Positions 9,931 through 19,782 of a stretch of DNA of 34,629 nt are shown in pieces (position 1 is the first letter of the stretch; each line of letters begins with the position of its first letter). Where the stretch lies: positions 1 to 34,629 of the IMG/VR virus record IMGVR_UViG_3300045988_119421. One strand, given 5' to 3'. The notes beneath the pieces are model-generated. The model was given only the letters and a program-made list of their open reading frames with translations. It was not told the DNA's origin and made no database searches. Source of the stretch: a virus. A program made the position numbers and the translations under genes.

Positions 9931-10256
9931 TTTTGCATTTTCTCCATTCTATATACATAGGTATTTCCTATTTTATTTTTATCCAATACTCTATACTCAG
10001 GAATAAACTCCTCTAATTTTGAGACATCTTCAAATGATATTCCGTCACCTTTTTGTATTTCATAATCTCTCGTACTTCTACCTTTATAAATACTATAATC
10101 TACTTCTCCTGTGGATTTTTTATCTAGTTCATTTACATCTTGTTGCATATTTAGCCAAGCTATGCTTTTATATTTCCATTTCTTATCGGGTTCGCCGTGG
10201 TCTTCTATTTCTTCATATCCTGATATATATACTTTGGTTAAATCTCGTAATAACAT
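9927..10256 (-). CDS. head-tail joining/closure protein
   Basis: 109-aa ORF in the expected position. Confidence 0.6.
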   Translation of the reverse strand: MLLRDLTKVYISGYEEIEDHGEPDKKWKYKSIAWLNMQQDVNELDKKSTGEVDYSIYKGRSTRDYEIQKGDGISFEDVSKLEEFIPEYRVLDKNKIGNTYVYRMEKMQK

Positions 10257-10564
10257 TACTTAACCCTCCTTAATCCCGATTTTATAATGTCATTTCTTAA
10301 TTTTTCCATGATATCTTCATATGAACTTGATATAGAACCTTCTCCACGACTTGTTAAGCCTTCTGCTCCTCTTGAAAGATATATTGCTTTTACTGCTTTC
10401 TTAATATATGGAAATAACTTCTCATCATTTTTTTGTCTATTAGAAATATCAGAGGCAATAGAACTTACTTCCTCTAATATTTCATTTAAAACCTCATTAT
10501 CTTCTTTTGAATAATTTGATCCTAAATCTTTTATTATTTTATCTATGTTACTGGTTTCTGCCAT
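10256..10564 (-). CDS. head-tail connector/adaptor-like protein
   Basis: 102-aa ORF directly downstream of major capsid gene. Confidence 0.6.
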   Translation of the reverse strand: MAETSNIDKIIKDLGSNYSKEDNEVLNEILEEVSSIASDISNRQKNDEKLFPYIKKAVKAIYLSRGAEGLTSRGEGSISSSYEDIMEKLRNDIIKSGLRRVK

Positions 10565-10582
10565 TTCTATTGCCTCCTATTT

Positions 10583-11704
10583 TTAGGCCATTGAAGCAAT
10601 TGTTGCTATTCCTGCTTTTTTAGCCTTATTTGCTGAATCAACTTCGACAACTACTATTTTTTGTCCAGTTGTCGCTGTTATTTCGTCAGTGCCATTCCAT
10701 GCTGTATATCCTGTTGTACAAACAGCATCATATTCTGGCATTGTTGGATTTGCTGCTGCTTTATATTTATAACTATTTCCAGATGTTAAAGTTGGTGTAA
10801 CGGTTATTTTTGTTTTTCCTGTTGAAGTACCCGCTACTGATGTTACAGTTAATTCTGCAAGTTTAGCATCTGTTACATAGAAAATAGTATCTTCCATTAA
10901 TGCTTTTGTTCCTTTGTGTAAGAAATCTTCTAATGCTACAGCATCATCAAATGGTACTTTTTCTGCCCCATATTCTGAAACATAAAATGGTTGAGCAATA
11001 GCTCCATCCATCATTACAACAGCTTTTACTCCATCTGGTAATCTTGTTGATTCATAAACTCTAACAGAATCATACATACCAATAGCTTGTTCTTTTGGAT
11101 CTGTTCCATTTGGTAAATCGTCAAGAATTTTCTTCATTCCTTTTCTATATTCGCTATCTACAACGATAACTAATAAATCTGATTCTATTCCATCAATAAA
11201 ATCATTTCTTAATGTTCTTGCTTTTTGTAACAAAGTATCAATTGTATCTTGAATATTGTCTTTTGCTTGTACTTCTGTTCCTTCTAATACTTTGGCAAAA
11301 AATTCTCTATCTAAGTATCTTATAATAGCTGATTGATGATTTACTTTTCTTTTTTCAGCCATACCATCAATACCATAAAGTTTTACGTCTTTTCCTTGTA
11401 GTTCTTCTACAATTTCTTTATCAGTATCTATAACAACTTTTACTGGTTTAGCTTTTACTTTGTCTCCTTTACCAGCTGCTCTTGCAGTACCTTTGTCTTT
11501 TAATTCTGCATTTACAAATCTTTTGTATTCAATTACTCCACCTTCTGGATTTCCAGAACCGTTTTTTGCTTTAATTTGTTCTGATACTGCTTTTGCAGAT
11601 ACATTCTCTAATACTCCACTTAATACTTGTTTTAAATTATCTTTTGTTTTACCATCTTGTAGCATTATATTTAATGCTTCTTGTGTAATTTCTCCCATTT
11701 TCAA
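10583..11704 (-). CDS. major capsid protein
   Basis: 373-aa ORF with C-terminal Ig-like segment (ELTVTSVAGTSTGKTKITVTPTL...), immediately after a scaffold-like gene. Confidence 0.8.
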   Translation of the reverse strand: MKMGEITQEALNIMLQDGKTKDNLKQVLSGVLENVSAKAVSEQIKAKNGSGNPEGGVIEYKRFVNAELKDKGTARAAGKGDKVKAKPVKVVIDTDKEIVEELQGKDVKLYGIDGMAEKRKVNHQSAIIRYLDREFFAKVLEGTEVQAKDNIQDTIDTLLQKARTLRNDFIDGIESDLLVIVVDSEYRKGMKKILDDLPNGTDPKEQAIGMYDSVRVYESTRLPDGVKAVVMMDGAIAQPFYVSEYGAEKVPFDDAVALEDFLHKGTKALMEDTIFYVTDAKLAELTVTSVAGTSTGKTKITVTPTLTSGNSYKYKAAANPTMPEYDAVCTTGYTAWNGTDEITATTGQKIVVVEVDSANKAKKAGIATIASMA

Positions 11705-11717
11705 TTCCTCCTATTTT

Positions 11718-12284
11718 TTAATAACTTGCTCTAGCTATTGATCTATTTTGTGTATCAATACCTAACTTTTGAGTTGGAGTATCTTCTTTTAACCTTTCAT
11801 TCACTGCTTTTTCAACAGCCTTATTAAACGCATTTGAAACTTCTTCTATTTTTAAATTAATTTCTTCAGCTTTTACTGTTTCAAAGTTAAAGAAAGTTAG
11901 TAAAGATATATCCAATCCTTTATCACTTGCTATTTTGGTTGCTTGTTCTTTCAATTTATAAGCATTTAATTCTGCAAGTGCTTTTTCTTTATCTGTTCTT
12001 TCTTTTTGAGCCTGATATTCAAGTTTTTGTTCCTTGTTCATTTTTGCTAATTTCTCAGCTTCGCTTTTTTCACTGTTCATTATTTCTTCCCAGTTTGTTT
12101 TAGCTGTATTGATAGCCTGCTGAACTCTCCTATCAAACTCTGCTTGATTTTTTCTATCTTTTAAGAAATCATCAAACGTTACAGAATTGCTATTTGCTCC
12201 TGTATTATTTTGGTTATTTGCTCCCGCTGGTTCATTGTTTGCCCCAGTATTAGCATTATTTGGATTATTGTCTTGTCCTTCCAT
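11718..12284 (-). CDS. scaffolding protein
   Basis: 188 aa, Asn-rich N-terminus, charged coiled-coil centre, next to major capsid. Confidence 0.85.
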   Translation of the reverse strand: MEGQDNNPNNANTGANNEPAGANNQNNTGANSNSVTFDDFLKDRKNQAEFDRRVQQAINTAKTNWEEIMNSEKSEAEKLAKMNKEQKLEYQAQKERTDKEKALAELNAYKLKEQATKIASDKGLDISLLTFFNFETVKAEEINLKIEEVSNAFNKAVEKAVNERLKEDTPTQKLGIDTQNRSIARASY

Positions 12285-12380
12285 TTTTTACTCCTTTTGC
12301 CCCAGCCATTGCCCATAAAGCCCCAGCCATTGCACTTGTATTCTGTTGTTCTTTAATGCCTGCAATCAGTAAAAAGGCAT

Positions 12381-12406
12381 AAAAAATAGACGTACGTCTA
12401 CGTCTA
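12381..12406 (-). terminator. intrinsic terminator upstream of scaffold gene
   Basis: Minus strand TAGACGTA-GACG-TACGTCTA-TTTTTT: perfect 8-bp stem, tetraloop, T6. Confidence 0.75.
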
Positions 12407-12592
12407 AAAATTTATAATTATAAAATGTTAATAACTTATTTATCTTTGTTCTTTGTTTTCATATATCCATCAGCAAAATTATATTTAAACACCCAAATAA
12501 TTGGTCTAAATATTGTAATTATAGTAAATATAATCCAATACCAAGTTGGCATTTGCAATTTAATGCTTAATATTAAAACTAATAACAACATA

Positions 12593-13087
12593 TTATTTTT
12601 CCTCCTCAATTAATTCTATATCTTTTATTAGTTTTGTTCCAAAATCTTTGTAATTTTCATATCCACCTTTGTGTCCTGATATTATCCATAATTCTTTATA
12701 CATATTTTCTTTTAATTTATTTACGAGCTCTTTGTCTGTTATGTAACAATAAAATGTATCTTTCTCTATATTATAATTTGTAATCATACCACTTTGTGTT
12801 GGTGTATTTGTTAAATATTCTACTTCTATTTTATAATATGTTTTTAATAAATCTTGCTCTTGTGTTACTGCTGTTATTCTAGCCTTATCTCTATCATTAC
12901 TTTCAGCATAATTTATATAACCATGAAAATTTCCTATTGCCATCGGAACTACGAATAATGCTAATAATAGCACTACTGCAATTTCTCCAAACAAAAATTC
13001 ATGGTCATAACTTTCATCTGCTAGATAAAAGAATAAAATCATCAATCCAAATAATATAATTTCTAAAAAAATTGTTAATAAAATCAT
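12593..13087 (-). CDS. membrane protein of unknown function, inserted in head gene cluster
   Basis: 164 aa with several hydrophobic segments. Confidence 0.65.
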   Translation of the reverse strand: MILLTIFLEIILFGLMILFFYLADESYDHEFLFGEIAVVLLLALFVVPMAIGNFHGYINYAESNDRDKARITAVTQEQDLLKTYYKIEVEYLTNTPTQSGMITNYNIEKDTFYCYITDKELVNKLKENMYKELWIISGHKGGYENYKDFGTKLIKDIELIEEEK

Positions 13088-13315
13088 TTAATTTTCCTCC
13101 CTTGTTATTCCTTTTATTGCCCAAAATTGTGCTTCTTCTAATTTTGTTAATGCTAATGATGTTTCTCTACTTGGTTTACACTTTAAATCTATTTCATCAT
13201 AGATAATTGAGAAACATTCTCTTATATGTTGTATTCTGTTGTTTTTCTCTTCATTTACTGCCAAATATTTTGCTCTATCGTTCATTCTTTCACCTTCTTT
13301 CCATAATAAAAGCAC
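13088..13315 (-). CDS. small hypothetical protein
   Basis: 75-aa ORF abutting the membrane protein gene. Confidence 0.6.
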   Translation of the reverse strand: MLLLWKEGERMNDRAKYLAVNEEKNNRIQHIRECFSIIYDEIDLKCKPSRETSLALTKLEEAQFWAIKGITREEN

Positions 13316-13338
13316 CTACTTACTAGTAAGTGCTATTT
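13302..13338 (-). terminator. terminator-like hairpin between MuF-like gene and the inserted pair
   Basis: Minus strand AAAAATAGCACTTAC-TA-GTAAGTAGGTGCTTTTATT; shares AAAAGCACCTACTTA with the 6898 element. Confidence 0.55.
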
Positions 13339-13456
13339 TTCTAATTCTTTTTTTAAATATTCTTTATACTCTGCGAAACTATTCCATTCATCATAATTAA
13401 AAGGCAATGGTCTTTTACCTTTCTGTTCCATGTATTTATGAATTAAATTCTTTACT

Positions 13457-15047
13457 TCATCTGGTATAATCATTGTATAATTTCACTACCTTTTCTTTAA
13501 TTTCTTTTAATTCTTTTATTGAATTTATAATATTTAATGTATCTTGATTTTTATTTAAGTATGCTGACATTATATTGGCTGACAACTCTTTTTCAATCCT
13601 TGTACTATCTTTTACCCAATAGTTAGCTTCATGCCCATAGTTTCCAGTTATTTTACCATTTGTTACTGCTGAAAATATATCTCCAATACTCATATTATCT
13701 TCATACTTGCTACTAGATAACATATTAATGTATTTATCTTTATCTATATCTATTTGTAATCTTGCTCTTCTTAATTCATTGTCTATGTTTAATTTATCAG
13801 ATATATTATTTCTTATATCTATCATATGTATAATTTCATGGCTTAAACTTTCAGACAAATCATAATATTTAAAATCTGAGTGGTTTGGATTTATATATAT
13901 CTTATCATCATCAATACTATATCTCATTGGAACATTTAAGTTATTATCTATTTTTGCATTATTGCCTGTTAGATATTTATTAAACAGTCTTTTTACACTG
14001 GAATTTAATTTTGTGTTGCTTAAAACTTGTTTAATATCTTTACTTATTTTAGGTATATCAAGATTATACTCTGTTTTTTCTTGTTTTTCAACTGGTGGTA
14101 AATACATTATAGTTGACCTGCAATAATGAAAGTGATGTTGTATTGGCGGAAGATTTAATCCTAATACTAATCCATTACATCTAATTCTTTGTATTGTTAA
14201 TTCTTTCTGTGTCTCACCATAATATCTATCAAATACATTTTCTTTGTTAATGTAAAACTCTTGATTATTCAAACTGTCACACATCAATGTTGTTTTATTA
14301 TCTTCTACTGCAATAAATCTAACTTTTGAATTATCTTCCGTTACTTCTTTTATTCCTTCTACCTTTGCTAGATTATTTAGTCCAATCATTTGCAAATCTG
14401 CTGCACCTGATATCTTATCATTATTTATATTGAGCTTTTGATTGTTTTGTCTTTGTATTATTGTTTGAAACTCACTGGAATCAATTTCTAGGTTTTTTTG
14501 TTGTTGCATATTTAAAATTACTTGTTTATATATTTGTTGTGCATTATATTGTATTGTTGCTTCAATATATTGTTTCCAATTAAATCCACTATAATTTGGT
14601 TGGTCTAATAATGCAAGAAATAAAGCCATCGCTAATATTGATGGCTTTTTCTTTTTATTTACTTCTTGTTGACCTTGTTCATAGTAGTAGTTGGCATCTT
14701 CATACATTATTTGTTTTTCTTGCTCTTCTAATTTGCTTTGTTCTTCTATATATGCACTATAAATAAGCAATTCTAATATTTCACTATTCTTTACTCTTGT
14801 TCTTTTATAAATATTGTTTGCTAATGCAGTAAAGTAATTATTATTTTTTAGTAATCCTTGTTCTTTCCAACCGCTCTATATATGTATTTATTCTTTTTTT
14901 AGTCTTATTGTCTGCTATATTGTAAATATTCTCTGTTGTAAAATTAAATGTATCAAAGATTTCTTGAAGTCTGTTCTGTGTTTGTTTTGATGTTTTATTA
15001 TATAGTTGTTTTAAATGTCTCATATAATTATCATGTACTTTCCACAT
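13457..15047 (-). CDS. MuF-like phage minor head protein with +1 shift
   Basis: ORFs 14841..15056 and 13457..14770 join at GAG C|GGT (CGG 14871-14873): ...KTKKRINTYIE-G-WKEQGLLKNNNYFTALANNIYKRTRVKNSEILELLIYSAYIEEQ..., ~529 aa. Start at the ATG following GAGG rather than the listed GTG. Confidence 0.85.
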
Positions 15048-15058
15048 ATAAAACACCT

Positions 15059-16693
15059 CTATTCTTTATTAATTTGTTTATTACCAACTTTTGTTTGTTC
15101 TTTTTTATTGTCTGCAGTTAGTTTTTGTGCTTTTTGCTTATCTGTTAAATCTGTTATTTTATCATTTGAATTACTATTCTCTTTACTGTCTTGTTCTGTC
15201 TTGTTCTGTCCAAGCATTTGCATTTGTTGTAAATTCTTTTGAATATTCTCTTCATTTTGTTTATCTATTTCAGCAAGTTCCGATTCTGCATCTAAGCCAA
15301 ATGGCAAATGACTTATAATCGATTTGTCACTTATTAATCCTCTTAATTTTAACCAAGCATTTGTTAAGCTTTCTGTATCTGTAGGCAAATTACGTATTAA
15401 TATAACATCTATGTCTCTAAAGTCATACTCTTTACCTTTCTTTAGGTTTATTCTTGCTGTTATCATTTCCCACATTCTTAGGTATTCTTTCCTAAATAAA
15501 TGATGTGCTTGTTGTAATACTTGTTCTAAAGGAAAAAACTTCTTTTCTAAAGCTGCTGCATTATCAGCATCTGTAAAGCCTTGGTCTGTTACATTTGGCA
15601 CTCCTGAAATCATAAGTGCCATATCTATACATGTTTTCTTATGATTTTCTGAAGCAGTATCATTTATATTTTTTATAATCCAATCAATATCGCCATCTTT
15701 ATCAGGTGTATAAAACACTTTTGCGTTTAAAATTGCTTCATCTTCTTGTACTCTTGCAGGATTTTTTGTCATTATTATATTACCATCTTTATCTTTTTGT
15801 TCTTCTCCTTTATCGTTTAGTAGTGGTATTAAAGGATCATTTGTTGGAGAAAATCCTGTTATTTTTAATTTAGCATTATCGTTATAATCAAAAATATTTG
15901 CATTGTTTTCTATTACTTTTTCATTTTTATTTATTAAAGTTATAACATTCTCAAAAAATGACATTCCATAAGGGTTTTCTACAGCAAAACAGGGTAAGTC
16001 TGTCCATCTTACTGGTTTATTGCTACCGTCTACTTCTTCAAAGTTATATTCAGCATTTTCTGTAATAGATTTCTTTTCAATTCCATCAACAAATTGTTTT
16101 TTATAGTCTTTTGTTATTATTTCTAAATGTGTTTCAATTCCTCCAGTTGCTGTATTCTCATACCAACATCTTAATAAACCTATTTTTGTGCTTGGTACAT
16201 CATAATTCCATATAGCAACTGTGTTTAAACTTGAAATATTAGCGTAAACTTCCTCGTTTTTATTGTTTTCATACACTAAACCATAACATGCTCCAGTTGT
16301 AATATAATCAAGTACACAATCATAAAAAAAGCTACCATTGTCATTATATTTTGCAATATAATCAATAATAGCTTGATAGTCCTCTGGATCATTCTTTTCT
16401 CCAAAAATTCTTTTAAATATTCTATTTAAAATTCCTTTTTGAGTTTCATTTATATTTTTAACTTTAAACTGAGGTTCTTTTCCTCCAAAATATCCACTTG
16501 CAATAATACTTATATAATATTCAAGTGCAACAACAACATCCTTTTGATCATATTTTCTTGTAAATCTATCTTGCAAATATTTTCTATGCATAAATATTGG
16601 TAATGCTTTTCCCCATAATATACTTATATTTTGATTTATATTTTCTTCATTTAAGAACTCGTCTTTATATTGTATTTTTTCTACAAAACTCAT
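15059..16693 (-). CDS. portal protein
   Basis: 544-aa ORF between terminase and minor head protein; typical size and content (SPP1 gp6-like). Confidence 0.85.
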   Translation of the reverse strand: MSFVEKIQYKDEFLNEENINQNISILWGKALPIFMHRKYLQDRFTRKYDQKDVVVALEYYISIIASGYFGGKEPQFKVKNINETQKGILNRIFKRIFGEKNDPEDYQAIIDYIAKYNDNGSFFYDCVLDYITTGACYGLVYENNKNEEVYANISSLNTVAIWNYDVPSTKIGLLRCWYENTATGGIETHLEIITKDYKKQFVDGIEKKSITENAEYNFEEVDGSNKPVRWTDLPCFAVENPYGMSFFENVITLINKNEKVIENNANIFDYNDNAKLKITGFSPTNDPLIPLLNDKGEEQKDKDGNIIMTKNPARVQEDEAILNAKVFYTPDKDGDIDWIIKNINDTASENHKKTCIDMALMISGVPNVTDQGFTDADNAAALEKKFFPLEQVLQQAHHLFRKEYLRMWEMITARINLKKGKEYDFRDIDVILIRNLPTDTESLTNAWLKLRGLISDKSIISHLPFGLDAESELAEIDKQNEENIQKNLQQMQMLGQNKTEQDSKENSNSNDKITDLTDKQKAQKLTADNKKEQTKVGNKQINKE

Positions 16694-16705
16694 TTTGTTT
16701 CTCCT

Positions 16706-17996
16706 TTACATTATATTGTTATATCCAAATTGTAATTTCTTTTGATTTATGTATTTTTCTACTGCATACCTCATTGCATCCATTAAATGGTTAAAGTCAT
16801 CTATTGGTCTATTTATTTTATTTCCAAACTTGTCCTCGTCCCAAGTGTAATTGCTTATTTCTGTTATGAAATTTACACATCTAGGATGTATTATTATTTC
16901 AAAATCTTGTATAAATTGAATACCATTATTTATACTGTCTTTGCCCTTTAATGCTCCAGTAATATGTCTTAATCCTAATCCTCTTAATTCATCTATTGAC
17001 TTTGGCTCCGCACTATCTGCTGTTATTTTTTCTTTCAAATAACCCATTTTGTTTATTTCATCGTATATTGCTTTATTACTCATTCCTTTTTGATATATTT
17101 CATCATATACATAAATCTTTTTATTTTTTAAATCTATTGCACCGCAAAATAGTGCTGTTGGATCATTTGTATAACCAAAATCTAACCCAAAAGCACTATC
17201 TAAATTTCTTATTGTATTTAAATCAAATTTTTCTTCTTTCCAATTTTCATAAACTAATCCATCAACAATACCCCAGTTACCTAATCCTGCAACTTGATAT
17301 CTTCTAGGATTATTCTTTTTCATTCTTTCAAATACTTTTTTATCCGCTTCATCTAGCCACTCGTTACAAAGATAATTTGTTGTCATTGCTAATATATCAT
17401 CATCTTTAACATCAAAAAATCTTTTCTTAATCCAATGATGTTCATTCCAAGGATTTAATGTTATTGTTATTTGTTTAAATAATCCCTCTGGTACTTCTCC
17501 GTCTTATACTTTCATCTATTACATCAAAATCAGATTCTTTTGTTATTTCGTATGCTTCTTCAATCCACAACCAACATAAAACACCAATATCTACTGATAT
17601 TGATGTTACTTTTAATGGGTCGTCTAAACCTCTAAAATATATTTTCTGTCCTGTAGGTTTATACGTCATCTCTAATGGGCTTTCTTTTATCTCCCAAAAA
17701 CTATCTACTTGTAACCTATGTATTGCCCATTTTAATTCTGTAAAACAACTATCTTTTAATGTTCTAAATGTTTTTCTAATTACAAGCGTGTTTGCTTCTT
17801 TATATTTCATCATATTACATATTATCCACAATGCTGTTGTTTTTGATTTTTTACTTGCTCTTGAACCTTTACATACTCTATATCTACATTTACAGTGCCA
17901 ATATTCTGCATACCCTTTTCCAACTATGCTCTGTAATGATAATTTGTTTATTTGTTGCTGTGCGTTTTTATTTGTTATTTTACTCTGTAATGTCAT
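16706..17996 (-). CDS. terL: terminase large subunit with +1 shift
   Basis: ORFs 17475..17996 and 16706..17386 join at AGA C|GGA (CGG 17499-17501): ...ESDFDVIDESIR-G-EVPEGLFKQITITLNPWNEHHWIKKRFFDVKDDDILAMTTNYLCNEWLD..., ~429 aa, including the conserved NPWNExHW segment and nuclease domain. Confidence 0.93.
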
Positions 17997-18390
17997 CTTG
18001 TATCACCACTGGTATATTACCAGTTACATCTACCTTTTCTTTAAATGTGCCATATCTCTTGCCAAGCAATTCTGCACATTTAGTTCTATCTTGTAATGAA
18101 GCGTCCAGCCCAAATTGGTCTTTTTCTTCTCCTCTCATTACTTTTGTTAAGTATTGTAACACTTCTTCTTGTGAGGCAATTCTATTATCTTCTAGTTGTT
18201 GTAATCGTTCTTGAATGAAATAGTTAAGTTTTGTTAAGTTTTCTGCTCCTATGTTCTTTGCTGTTTTAGAACTATACCCTGCCCTCTTTGCACTTTCTGT
18301 TGCATTTGCTGTCTCTATGTAATAATCTATAAATCTTTTTTGTTTTTCTGTTAATTTGTTATAGTTTTTTTCATCTTCCATTTGCCTCAC
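17980..18390 (-). CDS. terS: terminase small subunit
   Basis: 136 aa: LTEKQKRFIDYYIETANATESAKRAGYSSKTAKNIGAENLTK, typical terminase_2 start. Confidence 0.9.
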   Translation of the reverse strand: MRQMEDEKNYNKLTEKQKRFIDYYIETANATESAKRAGYSSKTAKNIGAENLTKLNYFIQERLQQLEDNRIASQEEVLQYLTKVMRGEEKDQFGLDASLQDRTKCAELLGKRYGTFKEKVDVTGNIPVVIQDDITE

Positions 18391-18652
18391 TTCCTTTTCT
18401 GCTTTCCTCTATTAGATATTTCATTACATCTATTTTGCTAAAATACTCTTCTTTTTGTTTATATCTATCTTGCAATTCAAACTCGTCTGTTTCTTCATTG
18501 TATATTTCTACTTTTTCTCTTTTTAGAATTTGATATTTAGTACAATACTTACAGTTCTTTTCACTATAAAATTGAAAAGTATTTATTTTATATATTTGTC
18601 CCTTTGTAGATAAGACATATAATAATTTATTAATGTTTTGATTTACATTCAT
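18371..18652 (-). CDS. hypothetical protein, Cys-containing
   Basis: 93-aa ORF with a CKYCTKYQILKREK motif. Confidence 0.55.
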   Translation of the reverse strand: MNVNQNINKLLYVLSTKGQIYKINTFQFYSEKNCKYCTKYQILKREKVEIYNEETDEFELQDRYKQKEEYFSKIDVMKYLIEESRKGSEANGR

Positions 18653-18664
18653 TTTTTACCTCTT

Positions 18665-19030
18665 TTATTTTAATGGAACACCATCTACAAATAGGTTAGT
18701 TATTGTCTGTTCTATTTCTACACCATTTTGCTCTTTATATTGTTTTACTATTTCATTTATAAAATCATTGCTACTTGCTACAACTTCACATACATCTTCA
18801 TAGCTAAATGTTTTATCGTCATTTTGATTATGACCATATTCATACAACCATACATGAGTTAGTTCATGTTTTAATGTCTTTGTTATATTTGCTTGGTCTT
18901 TTAACAACATTATTGTTTGAGTTTTATATATTGTTACTCCTAAAGTACCATCACTCTTCATCTCATTATTAATTGTAGCCTCGTCTACTTCTTCTATGGT
19001 CCACTCTGTATTATTTATTTTAAACTTCAT
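18665..19030 (-). CDS. small metallopeptidase-like protein (HExxH)
   Basis: 121 aa with TLKHELTHVWLYEYGH zinc-binding-like motif. Confidence 0.65.
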   Translation of the reverse strand: MKFKINNTEWTIEEVDEATINNEMKSDGTLGVTIYKTQTIMLLKDQANITKTLKHELTHVWLYEYGHNQNDDKTFSYEDVCEVVASSNDFINEIVKQYKEQNGVEIEQTITNLFVDGVPLK

Positions 19031-19031
19031 T

Positions 19032-19187
19032 TCATTTCTCCTTTACATCTACACAAATCTCAAAATATGCACACTTCTCGCATTGCTTTTTTCCTTCAAC
19101 GACGCACTTTTGTCTCTTCTTTTTTTTATATGCTTTTCTTATCTTATACTCCTCATCGATGTATGACGCTATTATACTACCTTTCAT
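19032..19187 (-). CDS. small Lys/Cys-rich protein, first ORF of the late transcript
   Basis: Unlisted 51-aa ORF MKGSIIASYIDEEYKIRKAYKKKKRQKCVVEGKKQCEKCAYFEICVDVKEK*, preceded by AGAGG; abuts the next start codon. Confidence 0.6.
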   Translation of the reverse strand: MKGSIIASYIDEEYKIRKAYKKKKRQKCVVEGKKQCEKCAYFEICVDVKEK

Positions 19188-19213
19188 CTAAATACCTCTT
19201 TTGTGTTTTTATA

Positions 19214-19355
19214 ATTCACTATGCAATGATATGTAGGAGCTATGCTCTCCCCGTGGGGTTAAGTTCTTTAACAGTTACCCATAAAACCGTAGTATTACCT
19301 GCGTTAAAACCTAAACATATTATTTTTTATCACTGCATACTAAATTATAGTGAAT
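19214..19355 (-). ncRNA. candidate structured leader RNA
   Basis: Nested long-range pairing (ATTCAC/GTGAAT, TATGCAGTGAT/ATCATTGCATA, ATATG..TAGG/CCTACATAT) encloses local hairpins, between an upstream terminator and the first late ORF. Confidence 0.5.
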
Positions 19356-19378
19356 CGTTTTCAGCCGTCTCTCCATAT

Positions 19379-19413
19379 AAAAAAGAAGCATATTAACAAT
19401 ATGCCTCTTTTTT
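19379..19413. terminator. bidirectional intrinsic terminator separating early and late modules
   Basis: AGAAGCATAT-TAACA-ATATGCCTCT flanked by A and T tracts on both sides. Confidence 0.8.
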
Positions 19414-19424
19414 TATGATTTCTT

Positions 19425-19625
19425 TTATCTTTCTTTTTTTAATAACTCTATTATCTCATCCAGTTTATTGCAAACTGTGTCTAAATCATTAGTTGTAAAA
19501 GGAACCTCGTTTCTATTTTGAATATTTTCTAAAGAATCTTGCATTTTCTTTAGCATCTCTCTTAGTTCTTCATTCATATATAATACCTCCTTTTTTAGAG
19601 CTATTATATATTTTTTATTTTGCAA
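19425..19625 (-). CDS. small coiled-coil hypothetical protein
   Basis: 66 aa; likely internal start MNEELREML. Confidence 0.5.
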   Translation of the reverse strand: MQNKKYIIALKKEVLYMNEELREMLKKMQDSLENIQNRNEVPFTTNDLDTVCNKLDEIIELLKKER

Positions 19626-19749
19626 ATACTGTCGAAACTTGTCAATAAAATTATTTTTTTGTTATTTTTTAAGGAGCTAAATTTCTCTAACTCCTTCTTT
19701 TACAATTATAATTATAGCACCTCAAAAGCGAAATTAAAAGGAAGTTTTT

Positions 19750-19782
19750 GCGAAATTTTAGCGAAGTTTTTGCGAAGTTTTT
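19750..19782. repeat. tandem 11-bp repeats (GCGAAGTTTTT)
   Basis: GCGAAATTTTA-GCGAAGTTTTT-GCGAAGTTTTT with degenerate flanking copies. Confidence 0.75.

Noticed and set aside
19067-19396. 109-aa plus-strand ORF in the early/late gap
   Set aside because: Overlaps the small minus-strand ORF, the structured RNA and a terminator; composition looks like a non-coding translation.
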